Assembly: GCA_010909165.1 (NCBI GenBank) | Contig: VJWM01000187.1 | Coordinates: 372,545-436,544 of the forward strand | From: Anthoceros angustus | Lineage: Eukaryota > Plantae > Anthocerotophyta | Direction: 5' to 3' | Length of the DNA stretch: 64,000 nucleotides | Part shown: one piece after another, positions 1-11,940 of the stretch | Position numbering within the stretch: the stretch's first letter is position 1 | How the letters are laid out: each line of letters opens with the position of its first letter | Notes under the pieces: generated by a model | Seen by the model: only the letters and a program-made list of their open reading frames with translations | Databases searched by the model: none | Told to the model about the DNA's origin: nothing | Made by a program: the position numbers and the translations under genes

Positions 1-379
1 AACATTGATTAATGGAGGAGTCTGTCACGGCATATATGTCGACTATGTGCGACGCGACATACTCCTCACATCATTCTTGGCACCGGGACAAACATTTGAC
101 CCCTTGCTTGCAAGCATAACAAATTGGCCGTCATAATGCACATCTATTGATACATTTAATTTTACGTAGTGAGAAAAAGTCATGACCATCTGCATGCTAG
201 TATGTGAGCTCAGCACACAGTGAGCTATTTGATTGAAGGCAAGTTCACAAGATAATCTAAGGCTCAATTCTGAGCTCTTCCAAACAAAAATTCCACTTTG
301 CAAAAACCATGCTTGCATTTTATAACGGATGCATGCGGACGCAAAAATCGGTAAGTGCTCTTGGCGTACTCACCGCCAC
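1..379 (-). repeat. TFIIB tandem unit, remnant a (spacer plus 3' end of TFIIB-like ORF)
   Basis: Matches 11690-11940, 23690-24070 and 62330-62610 (e.g. gacatactcctcacatcattcttggcaccgggacaaacatttgacccc; ataatctaaggctcaattc). Interrupted at ~380 by the Crypton-like element. Confidence 0.85.
257..379 (-). pseudogene. C-terminal fragment of TFIIB-like gene
   Basis: Minus strand reads VAVSTPRALT/..YRFLRPHASV..AWFLQSGIFCLEELRIEP* across frames, matching the C-terminus of the copies at 21713 and 23959. Confidence 0.7.
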
Positions 380-1036
380 GTAGTCGCTGCTGCAGGGGCC
401 TCTCGACGCGCCCAGCTTGAATTTTTTCTGGTAGTGCAGTGAATTTTAGAGAGAATTGACCTTTTGGTCATTGTTTTACCAGAGTAAAATTCATTACAAT
501 ATAGTAGAAAATCATCTACCATCAAGGTACAAAACAATGAACCATCCAAGTGGGTAAAATCATCTACCATCAAGGTAGAAAATAGAGCACTAGAGTAGAA
601 AACATGACGACCAAGTGAATACCAGGTCTAGAAGCTCATTCTAGAAATCCCACCAAAATCGCTAATCGACAAAACATTTTCATTAAATAATATTCATGCG
701 GATCCGGGATATACAAAAACCAACAAAGAAACCTTTTCTTTGCGAGTTTCTGTATATCCGTAATGGCATGAACAAATTCAACTAATGAAGAGTAAATACC
801 AATAGATTGAACTCTGCTAGATTGAACTCTACTTCAACAACAATGGAACCTACAAACAAAACGAAAACAGCACACAAACCGTGATTAGGCTGATACTAGA
901 AAACACTGGAAATAATCATAGCAAATACTTAAGAAATGATACTCACCTTATTTAGGGAAATTTACTGTACAATTATACAGATTGAAAACGTAATTTTCAC
1001 GACCACTTGGCTTGATTGGCACTTGTACAAAGATCA

Positions 1037-4000
1037 TCATTCGGCAACCAATTGATGAAGGCGAGGACTTGGACGAAATTGTCCCTCTTCCCGCAAGGTG
1101 ACAACCTAATAAAATACAACCATTGATTTTCAATGTATGATTAATAAAGAGCATAAGAAAACTTACCAATCACGGATTTTCGCGAGATAGCGGCAAATAT
1201 CTCGAGGCACATTTCCTCGCTCTGTTCTCTTTCCACGCAGCCTTGAACCTCTTGCTCTATCTGCTGCGCTTGATTTCTCTTGATGCTTAATGTGCTCTTG
1301 TCTCCTCTCCACATTTCTCCGCCTCAATCTCAAGGGCTTTCTCTCTTTTGCTTAGAGACTCGTAATTCAAGCGCTTTACGCCTCTCTATAAGAGCCTCCA
1401 AATCCTTTTGCCTGAAACTCCAATTGCTTCATCATCATACTCCAATTCCCGCGATCTCAAGAAGCTCAAAGCCACTTCCATTTCCATCACAGTCGCAATA
1501 CGATATCGAGGTGCTACCACGGCCACATTTACATCTGGTTAACTTCGATGACCGATCACACTCACTATGCACAATGCCCTCCAACGGAGGGACCATCGCA
1601 TCCACTTCCCTCGAGTGTATCAATGTTGAAATGAGGGATGAAGGTCGCTTACACTAGTCGCAGGATTCACAACCGCCAAGATAAACATAATCGAAACTCC
1701 AAAAGAAGTGAAAACAAACAATGAAAGAATCAACCTTGTCAACATATGGAATTTCACTAGAACACCCTGTTGGTCCGTTATCCATCCGGATGCCTTGGCC
1801 ACCGCTGGGAGGTATGTTTGCAACCAAAACACCAGCCTCCCACCATAACAAAAACCAGATGATTAAAACAGATCCAACATGGCGATCGCAACCAAGGAAC
1901 GACAATACCAACACGAACTTGACAATGGACCACATGGTGCAGAAAAACTCAGTTCGGTGCTGACATTGTTCAGAGGTCTGCTTTCATGATGAACAACAAG
2001 AGTGGCCACAGAGACCTAACACACAAAAAACAAGTCAGGACACAGGATTTTGATAAGTCCCTACAAACTTGCAACAAATCTCAAACACTTACATTGTTAA
2101 CCTGTTGCACTCGCAAGGGGCGCTGATCTTCAGGCTGACTAGAAAATACAATTTCAGGAGTCACATTGAGGACTGATTTGGAAGAACACCCTTAAATCAT
2201 CGCATCCGAAGTTCTTCGTTCAAAAGCTCGATAGGATCCGCTCACCGTGAACAAGGACTCTTCTGCTGTTTTGCTTGACTGCACGGTCATATCGCAAACC
2301 ATATCGAACGCCGAAGGAACATACAAAGGACTCAAATGTCACAAGCTTTCAAAACATATTACCTTGAGAATCCAGCATCCGTTTATGGCGGTCACACTTC
2401 TCCCAAAGATGAAGGCACCGAGCCATCGTCAACGTGTAATCATTGTTACACGGCAGCTCTTATTGGTGTAATAGCCCAGGTATGCTTCAGCCATGGTCTT
2501 CATGAACCTTGACAACATTCCTTTTGAAACACGAGTTTTGCATACCAAGCCTAGCCAAAAACAAGCAGTTAGTAAATACAAACCACAAAACTTAAGCCCA
2601 AATAACAACAAACTTACATTTGATCTTGGGTTATCAATCGTTGAATTGAACAAAACCCCGAATTGTGATTTTTGTCGCTTGCACCACTTGGGAGAGTGTT
2701 CAATAACAAAGTTTAAAAAGTTTCGATAACAATTTTTGAAATGCTCCGTAATTCTTCATGTCCACGCAATGAAATTTAGCTTAATACAAGACATCAAACG
2801 TCAAAGATACAATGAACAAACAAAACAACCAAAGGTACAAATGCCATCAGACTTGAGAGTTATGTAACTTTATGTAACTCCAAACTGGTCATGCAAAAAT
2901 ATGCACACCGCAAACAATAGAGGCATAAGGCCTGTGTTTAAGACCATAAATGAACAATCAAAGTGCACCCCTAAACCAACAATATTACCTTTTTGAGCCC
3001 CGCCCAAATGAGCATTGATGATCTCGTGTGAAAGAATCCGCCATCATCATCGAAATCAACTTCACCTCTTTTCGACATGACACAATCCCAAGGTCCTTGC
3101 TGATTTTCATGGACGCAACCAACCGCTCGGGACCCATGGAAAATTCCATGAAACATGTTGATCACCAGAACATCAGAACCAAGCCGGCTTTGGTTCAGAT
3201 GCACTTCCTTGTTAAAATTCGGTTAAAACCACGAAAGAAAGACATCAACTGCACAAGAGAGATCAAATCGTCATGTGAAAGGAAAGTCGAACTATCAAAA
3301 TCAACAAGTAAAAAACATCACTACTTTTTCGGAGAAAATCTCTGTCCTTGATTCGAACTTGATGGAAAAAGGATATCGAATAAGATTTAGATCCTTGTGA
3401 GGGATATCCTCAACAGCAGTATCCCATCCCCTGACCCCACTCACTTTCATAAAGGCCCTGAGACGACTTCGACACTAGTTATTCTTCCGTTTGGACCTAT
3501 CCTCCCCACCACTCAAAGCATCATTCACAGCTCCCTCTGGGACTATTGGGTCAAATCCGCCTCCAAAATTGCTTCATCATCAATTTCCTCCATACCCATG
3601 GCAAAGTCATCTTCGGGACCATCACACTTTAGCCTCTCAAACATATCGAGCACTTCTTGATCGGGGATGACTCGGTCGGGAACCACAACAGTATGGAATC
3701 CACCAAAGAAGCATCTGCTCAACGGCAGCACACAAATCTCTAGACTCTGTGACAGGCAAGACTCACAACCATGGGATCGTCGGTTATCAAGAAATCATTC
3801 TCCCCACAACCGGACCCCTCTCTCATTAATCGACATAGTTAGTAATCTCTGCAAGAGGACCTTCAACCAATGCCAGTCGAGTGTCCACCCTTCTCCTCTT
3901 CCACAAAACTCGGCACGCCGTCATCCTTCTTGGATGAGAAGTGCCCGGTTTAGGAATGTCTTTTGGGAACTAAATAAGTTCCTTCACTGCACCAAGACAC

Positions 4001-4141
4001 CATCAACTTTACCATCATCCTGCGGTGGATGGGTTGCGATGAAGAAGCGGACACACTGTCAGTGTATATGGCTTAGCCATGACTTGACCAAGGACCCTTG
4101 CTTTTTCCAGTCGAAGGCCCAGGGTTTCTTTTAGGAGCCAT
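1037..4141 (-). CDS. Multi-exon tyrosine recombinase (Crypton/DUF3504-like), copy 1
   Basis: Start MAPKKKP at 4141. Exons read ..VEDIPHKDLN.. and ..KTRVSKGMLSRFMKTMAEA..GYYTNKSCRVTMITR..VT(G)HK.., followed by a C-terminal coiled coil. GT-AG introns. The 3' end is approximate. Confidence 0.8.
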
Positions 4142-6349
4142 CGCAAAGCCAAAAAGAATTAGAGTGGACAAGGAACACAACCATCCTAAAGGAGAACTTC
4201 ACAAACAAAATCAAAACCAAAAACACTTACGTGGTGTTCGAACTTCCAAAACGAACTTCTCAAGGGTCTAACAGATGATTATAAAACAATCCAAGACAAA
4301 GAGAGGTGGGGACATGGCACGTAATACATTCATTGAATCTACACATTGTTAAATTTAGTGATCCTTTCCACTTTATGTTAGTGAGAGAAGAGCACTCCTT
4401 TCCCAAAATACCCACATACTTCATAATTAGACCTATTTGCCAAATAATAAGAAAAACAAAAAAAAGTAGCCCCAGCAGTAAAAAAGAGCATAACGCATCC
4501 GAACATTCAATCGTGACTAATCAAGCAAGAAGAGGTTATCACGATTCACGTATGCACTGTAATGAACACGCAAACAGTAAGCCTACACAAAAATTTGAAT
4601 TAAATAACTTATAAGTGGTACCAAAGCAAACTCTTACCACGGTGACCAAACAATGACGAAAATGACAAAGACCATCGGTCAATACATACATAATCATACC
4701 ATATCAAGGATAACACCATAAACAAAACTTCAACTTCATCAAAAGCTTGTCCAAGAAAGCTTGTCCGCACACAAAACCAATAAGAAAGAGAAGCACGTTT
4801 TGCACCGACAAACAAACAAACGATCTGAAATTATAACATTTGAAGCAGGAAAAAGTAAACCACAAGGACAAATGTAACTCAAGTCACGCACATCGTTAAC
4901 CAACACTCTCTTACATTAAAAATCTTGCGGAATTACTTCCTGCGTCTCGAAGAATACAAAACAATTAAAAATGCTGCTCAACATAAAGAACAATGCATCG
5001 AAAACAAGATAAGATAGCATTTTAACAACAACATATCGTAAAGCGAGTAACAAAAGACGCTTTCACGTACCAAACAAGGTCCCAAATGTGTCCGCTTACA
5101 TCCAAACCTTGATCGCATCAAAAGCGAGAGAGTAAGATCACACGAGGAAGGCGAACGCTCTCCGAGAAAGAACAAAAAGGCAAGCTTTGCAGACTGACAA
5201 AACAAACAAACGATACAGAACCATGACAGCAGGCTGCTATGATGCAGCAGGCTGATGTAGGCACAGGACAAACTGCTGTCACAGCTTGCAAAGGCTGTTA
5301 ACCAACCTCTCTTACGTCCAACAACCTCTTGCAGCCGATTACTCCCTGCGTTTCAAACAAGAATAGAAGACAATAAGAACAAAATATTGCTCAACATTAT
5401 GAACAATGCAAGCTACTGAAGAGAAGATAACATACATTTTCCAACAGCAACATATGCGTAAACGCAGAGTAACCAGTTGACACAAAAGACATTTGATGAC
5501 TTACCAAAGTGGTCCCGATCTGTGACCGCCACTTCAAACGAAAACTTGACTGCATCAAAACACAGCGGGAGAGGGTTACAACACACGAGCAAAGCGAAAA
5601 CCAATAAGAACAAAGACTTGAGAGCTAGCCGCTTTAAACGACACATTTTAAACCAAACAAAACTACACGAAGACACAAGAATGAAACCTAAATAACAAAC
5701 GATCGTGTGATAGAGACAAGAAGACGGGCAAGACAAAAGAAATGATACCAAGCCATGGAACCACGACAACAAGCGGCGGATAAAGGGACACTTCCAACAA
5801 CAACAAACAAGCAATACGAGATTTTGCGAGAAAGAACACAAGTATCACACATGCAACAGGACTGAACAAAAGTAAGCCTAGCTACAACCACAGAAGCTCG
5901 AAAGCTCCAAGTCGAAGAGCACGTTTACATGAGAGGAAGTAACACCATAAACAAAACCGCACAAAACAACAAGACACAAAACAACAACAAAACCGCACAA
6001 AAGAACGAGAAATCAGATAGAAACAAAGAGCACTAGGGACATACAAATCAGATAACATCTTAGCAGGTCTTTCCCTAAGAAATATAAACAATCACGCACA
6101 AGCAAAGAACAACATCAACAACAGGACGAAATACACAAAACATCCTACGATATATATAGAAACTTGAATACACTACCACCATAGCGGTAGACAAAACACC
6201 AAACCAATAGACTAGAAAACAAGAATGAAACAAAACCAAAGCGCCAAATACACAAAACAACAACAACAAAACCGCACAAAACAACAAGACACAAAACAAC
6301 AAGACACAAAACAACGTGAACGCAGATGGACGACTTCAAATGGGAGCAA

Positions 6350-6815
6350 AAGGCCTTAACCTTTAACAAACCTTGGCCTTGGTACCAAACAACCTTGGCC
6401 TTGGACTAAGCAAGCACATGGACCTTAGAGGCAAGACACCTTGGCCTTGAACATGGGAACCCCTTGGCCTTCGGAAAAGAACCTTCAAAACAGAGCAGCA
6501 AAACCTTGGCCTTCGAAACAAATTTTACAGAGACCTTGGCCTTCGAACGAAGGCTGAGAAAGGCCTTAACCATTGGAAAGGGCCTGAAAGAAACCTTGGC
6601 CCAAAAACTTAAAAGACCTTAGCCTAGCGAACCTAGAACACCTTGGCCTTCGAATGAGCTACAAACCAGACCTTAGCCTTCGGAGCAGAACCAGAAAGAC
6701 GTTGGCCTGCGAAACTAGAACTAGACAGCTCCTTCCCCGAAACAGAGGAAGGAAGACCTTGGCCTACGAAACTAAACACAGAGCAAAACACCTAAGCCTT
6801 GGCGCCAGAGACTAG
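6350..6815. repeat. Cluster of dispersed (A)CCTTGGCC(TT) motifs in the YR gene leader
   Basis: More than ten accttggcctt-like motifs spaced 20-50 bp apart; similar clusters at 17200-17920 and 36590-37320. Confidence 0.75.
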
Positions 6816-6872
6816 ACCACCTCGGACTTGAAAAGACAGAATGACAAAAGAACTCGCGCTCTGAGGGAAGCC

Positions 6873-6897
6873 ATTTATATAGGCCAGCAAACCCTAA
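6873..6897 (-). promoter_or_regulatory. TATA box (minus strand) next to telo-box AAACCCTAA; probable YR gene promoter, copy 1
   Basis: atttatatagg...aaaccctaa. The same TATA/telo-box pair is conserved at 18039-18060 and 37476-37498 despite divergent flanks. Confidence 0.6.
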
Positions 6898-7289
6898 ACA
6901 TTCTCACTCTGGCGGCGCCGCCGTTCTCTCTCTACCAAGCTGGTTTGAATTTACCGAACCTAACATTCCGAGCCCAATTCCAAACCAACGTAGGTTTGCC
7001 ATTCGCTGCCGCCGCCGCGCTGTTCAACCAAACCTAGATTCAATTTTCCAAACCTAGCCTAACGGCACCAAACCTAATCTCCGAACCCCGGCGTGAGCGA
7101 ACCCGCTACCGCCAACCACGATCGCCACGCACACCATCGAACCATCTAGAACCCTAACTTTCGATTAAACAAGATGCACATAGGGTTATCTTCGCCCAAC
7201 ACGCCAGTCGCAGGGCCGCGCGGTCGGCGGTCCGCATTTCGATCACTGCCGTCGCCAGAGTGACCTCTTGCTCACAGTTTGGCTGGTGT

Positions 7290-8750
7290 CCTCGGAGAAG
7301 GTCTGGCGCAATCGGCTCCTTCCTTTCATCTAGGTACTGCCCACTACATGCGTCTGATGCACTTCTTTCTTCAGTCGCCGTTTCTTAGTTCCAGGATCTA
7401 GGTGGGTATGCCAAATTGCGCTCTCTGATTCTGCTGCAAACCATCTGATCACGTCCCTTGCAGCCCACACCGGTGCTCCAGCTTGCGCTCATCTCCTGCC
7501 ACCGCCAACACGACATCAAGAAGTCTCGACTGGCGTCCTCTGTGGGTACGACGTCAAGCACACTTGTCTCTTCTTTTGTTTTCGTTGCAGACCAATTGCC
7601 AACGCCACCGCTGGCTTTTGCTTCCGCCGCCTCGGTAGCCTGTAATCGCTCGTGAGTTTGCTTTCAAGCGCCTTGCTTATCAAGTGATTTAATTTGCGAA
7701 GTCTCGAGACATAGGCTCAAAACCTCGACGGCGCCCTCCGTGTACGTCACACACTTACGTGTCGGTTCTCTTTTGTTTTCGTTGCAGCCCAATTGCCAAC
7801 GCCCACTGCCTCATGGCTTTTGCTTTTCGCCCTGGATATGTTATCGCATCGTGGAGTTTGCGCTTCAACCGCCTTGCTTATCAAGTGATTTATTCTGCGA
7901 AGTCTCGAGACATAGCGCACAAAACCACTTGAGTGGTCCAATGTAAGAAGTAATGTGAACGATTAAGCCTCTGTGTCGCCAAACCGACCTTACTTCCATT
8001 TGCTTGTTTCCTTTTTCAAAGTCCAGCCATCAAGAATAAGTGTGTCCTCGGAGAAGGTGCGCAATCGGCTCCTTCCTTTCATCTATCACGCCCACTACAT
8101 CGATGCACTTCTTGTTGCCATTTCTTAGTTCCGGGATCTAGGTGGGTATGCGCGCTCTCTCAAAACCATCGATCCGTCCTTGCAGCCCACACGGTGGTCC
8201 AGCTTCGCTCATCTCCACCCCCGCGACATCAAGAAGTCTCGTGGCGTCCTCCGTGATCTGACGTCAAGCACACTTACGTCTCTTCTCTTTTGTTTTCGTT
8301 GCAGCCCAATTGCGCCTTGTCTCGCTTTTGCTTCCGATCTTGCTCTGGATAGCACTGTATCGCTCGTGAGTTCTTTGCTTTCAAGCGCCTTGCTTATCAA
8401 GTGATTTATTCTGCGAAGTCTCGAGACATAGGCTCAAAACCCTCTGGCGTCCTCAGGTGAGTGCGTTGTCAAACACTTACGTCGTGTCTTCTCTTTTGTT
8501 TTCGTTGCAGCCCAGCGCCGGTATCTCATGAGCTTTTGCTTCGATCTTGCTCTGGATAACTTTGTATCGCTCGTGAGTTCTTTGCTTTCAATTGCTTATC
8601 AAGTGATTTATTCTGCGAAGTCTCGAGACATAGCACAAAACCACTTGAGGTCCAGTAATGTAATTAATCGACGATTACCAAGCCTACAGTCATGTGACCT
8701 TACTTCCATTTGGTTGTTTCCTTTTTCAAAGTCCATTCTGGCGATCGGTA
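7290..8750 (+). repeat. Higher-order duplication (~720 bp x2) containing four copies of a ~190-bp acceptor-exon-donor cassette
   Basis: 7290-8030 resembles 8045-8750. ttttgttttcgttgcag and ttatcaagtgattt(a)ttctgcgaagtctcgagacatag each occur four times; three of the four cassettes show a gtgagt donor. Confidence 0.8.
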
Positions 8751-9220
8751 ATGTGAGGTCCTCGATAGTGTTGTCTCGACCGCTTGACCATGCATCGGCT
8801 TAATCTTCGCTGCCTTGCACCTAGATCACACCGAAACACGTGGCCTTAGAGTGGTGTGCGAGGTCCAACCACACGAAAAACCTAGTAAGTCACCCTACTT
8901 TTGCTTTTTGAAGCTTGTATCACGCATGCAGTAGTTATAGAAGCATGCCTGTCAGCTTTTGTCGCGGGCATGGTAGTTGCAGGAGCATGCACTTGCGCTT
9001 GTTCGCTGACGCAGCGTTAGTGGCGGCATGCCGCAACACGCGCGGTGGACGCCACCGCATGCTTGGGACCGCAAGAACGCCTTGGCTCTCAGCGCCGCCG
9101 TCTCTCGACTTCCTTGGCTCTCGACTTCAATTGCAGAGCCTTTGCAGAGCCAAAGTGTCACGAACGACACACGCACATCACAACAATGTGTCGAGTCAGC
9201 GTCTAGTAGATGCATAAATA

Positions 9221-9484
9221 GGCATGCGCAACACGCGGCGTTGAGTGGTATGCCGCAACACGCGGCGCTGAGTGGCGGCATGCCGCAACACGCGGCGTTG
9301 AGTGGCGCGCCGCAACACGCGGCGTTAGTGGCGGCATGCCGCAACACGCGGCGTTGAGTGGCGGCATGCCGCAACACGCGGCGTTGAGTGGCGTACGCCG
9401 CAACACGCGGCGTTGAGTGGCGGCCGCAACACGCGGCGTTGAGTGGCGGCATGCCGCAACACGCGGCGTTGAGCGGCGGCATGC
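9221..9484. repeat. 30-bp GC-rich minisatellite, ~9 units (GCGGCATGCCGCAACACGCGGCGTTGAGTG)
   Basis: Directly visible, with caacacgcgg recurring nine times. One partial unit at ~9015-9045. Confidence 0.95.
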
Positions 9485-9516
9485 ATGGGCTTGCTGCTGC
9501 AGCTTTGGGATGCGGC

Positions 9517-10440
9517 AGATTAGAACGGACGCGGGACGAGAACGGCCGAGGCCGTGAGGCCGAGACCGTTAGCCGCGGCGCCCGACGCGCCGTCGCCTCG
9601 GCGTGGAGCGGCCGAGTCTCTGGGCCGAGACGCGCCCAACTCGATCGCATCATATGAGCCGAGGTCTCGGATCTTGTTTAGACCGGGTGCCTATACCACC
9701 CGGCTTATATGTCATTTCTCTCTCTTAAGAATTTCTACCATCAGATTATTTTTCGCTTTTTCAACTTTTACACAATAAAAGGATTATCTCAGTAATTAGG
9801 CTCTAATCAAAATAGTTTTGGTTAAATCACACATATTCTATTGGAGTAGATGGAGTGTAATATGGTTCCGTCGCCCGCCTCTTCGAATAGTACTTTTGAG
9901 TCTGATTGTATGGTCCGGATAAATGTATTATCATTTCAAATATTTCATCAGCGAGAATATTTCTAATTTAAACCATTGTCGAATTCATATATAAAACTTA
10001 TCTATTTTTTAACTTTAGTACTCACCTCAAAGAGTGAAAACAACTCGTTTTGATTCTCCGATAACTACAAACAAAAGTAAAAGTAATTAGTCATTTACCT
10101 CCATTTCAATTCGGAGAAGATCTTTCTTTGCATATACCTTTTCGACAAGCGTTAAACACGTCGTGAAGATTCCCCACATGCTGAAATGTGATCGTATGTT
10201 ACGAAGAAACATAAACATTAGAATTTTTTGGAATGCAAGCGGATATTACCTTACCTTCAAACGATGTACCTTTTGAATGTTTTAGTTGTCTCGGTTCTTC
10301 CATGAGAGACAACAAGTCTGCTTTCAACTCCTTATTTTCAATTGCTGCCCTATCTGCATTCAATGCATGAATTAGAATACATAGAATTATATGTAATGAA
10401 AATAATAGTGAAAAGAGAAGTTATCGCAGCTTACTTGCTT
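9517..10440 (-). mobile_element. Inverted right-terminal fragment of a related Crypton-like subfamily (3' exons of companion gene plus terminus)
   Basis: Reverse complement of 9517-9680 matches 21540-21700. 9900-10350 aligns in reverse with 20900-21350, with exons ENKELKADLLSLMEEP, EKVYAKKDLLRIEME and ENQNELFSLFE. Confidence 0.85.
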
Positions 10441-10447
10441 GGATTTG

Positions 10448-11940
10448 TTAACCCACGAGGGCTTTGGACAATGAGTGACTAAGCACAATGATTGTTTTTC
10501 AACGGTAAAGGATTCCACAGTGACCTTGAACCTTGACACCTTACGAGGGGCTTGTCCAATGTTATGAATATATGTAAGTCGCATCCCTCATTTATATACC
10601 CAAGTTTTCCTTGGCCCTTGGGAATCTTCGTGGAATTTTGCATCCCGAAACCCCTAATTACCATGGGCCAAGGAACAATCATCCTTGATTTCGTCATCCC
10701 CTTTTTTTAAATTCGCCCACTTCCTTGAGGTTGATTCCGTCCTTGGACTTTGGCCTCACAAATTTTTCCACAAAGTTCTTCTTTCGAGCACGGACGCCAA
10801 GAGTCCGCTAGCCTACTTGCGCCCTCGGGACGGAGTCTGCCTATTGGCGCACTCGGCACACCCGAGGCCAAGATGCAGTCCGTCGGCCTACCACGATCGA
10901 GCCTCCCACTCCCCAATGCGACGTTCTCTCGGCCCACGGTTTAGGGTTATCGGGCCTACCACTCCCGAGTCGCGTCCTTTCGGCCCTCCCGTGAGACTTC
11001 TCACGGTGAGTGCACGATGGCGTCGTGCAATCCGACCACATGTGGTGAAGCTTGAGAAACCGTTTTAATTTTTTGAAAAGTGTTTCGTAGAAAGGGCCTA
11101 TGTAAATTAGCCTACTTGTACCAAATATCAAAGGCTATCGCATCAAGCTATGTTGGAGCTTGAAATGACAACTTGCATGCAGAGAAGGCAAGTCAACCAA
11201 GAACAACCTTTAGACTAAACCACATCCTTGTAGGCGGTGAAAACCAAGCGTGGGATGAAAACAATCACTACTATTCAAGTTTTGAAAAGGGTGGAGACCC
11301 CATTAAAAGCGTTGAGCGTTTTTAGAGGACTTAACTTTCTCAAGGAGAAGCTCTTTGCCCACCAAAATTTTCAAACCTCCTAGGAGCAAAGATTTGCATA
11401 GTACTAAATTGCAATCAAGAATGTAGGTCGCTAGAATGAAGGTGGCGATAGTCTAAAATCTTATGTGAAACGAGTCATGTCCATGCACACGATGTTTGAT
11501 TTAACGTAAGCAAAAATCTTGTCACTAAAGGACGTGACGAAGGTCTTTTTCCAATCCATGAAGTCCATCGGCAAACCTTTAACTTTGCATGGTCGGGAGT
11601 GTGCATGAGTGTAAGTGTTGGAATGCGTGTTGGCGATGTGCCGTGGAATGCGATGCGGATGTATGGATGGGCGCGGGTCGGATGCATAGGATTCAAACAT
11701 TGACAGTTGGAGGAGTCTCACGGTCGCAGCTATATGACTATGCGACGACATACTCCTCACATCATTCTTGGCACCGGGACAAACATTTGACCCCTTTCAA
11801 AGCATAACAAATTGGCTCATAATGCACACGATCTATTGATACATTTAATTTTACGTAGTGAGAAAAAGTCGACCATGCATGCTAGTATGTGAGCTCAAGC
11901 ACACATGAGCTATTTGATTGAAGGCAAGTTCACGGTATCT
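10448..11940 (-). repeat. TFIIB tandem unit spacer b (promoter region with TATA at ~10590 and downstream-ORF region)
   Basis: Colinear with 22456-23950 over ~1.5 kb, from acccacgagggctttggacaatgag to gaaggcaagttcacgg. Confidence 0.9.

Larger units (their letters stand above)
380..8900 (-). mobile_element. Crypton-like tyrosine-recombinase DNA transposon, copy 1 (divergent subfamily; right end missing or rearranged)
   Basis: Left end tagtcgctgctgcaggggcctctcgacgcgccc is colinear with 31372 and 11945. YR exons are homologous to copies 2 and 3; the central region is more diverged. No LTR, TIR or RT. Confidence 0.8.

Noticed and set aside
4600-6400. Many Cys/Phe/Leu/Val-rich minus-strand ORFs in the ORF track (also 16100-17700, 35600-37450, 46933-47220)
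   Set aside because: They are translations of GT- or CT-rich low-complexity sequence and are not conserved in frame between copies.
6889-7160. AAACCCTAA-like motifs as an interstitial telomere
   Set aside because: They are isolated, non-tandem motifs next to a TATA box, so they are treated as telo-boxes.
9221-9484. Palindromic repeat array resembling a CRISPR; 233-aa ORF (8952-9653) running through it
   Set aside because: The inter-palindrome sequences are identical rather than unique spacers, no cas genes are present and the context is eukaryotic. The ORF is a by-product of a 30-bp GC-rich repeat without stops.
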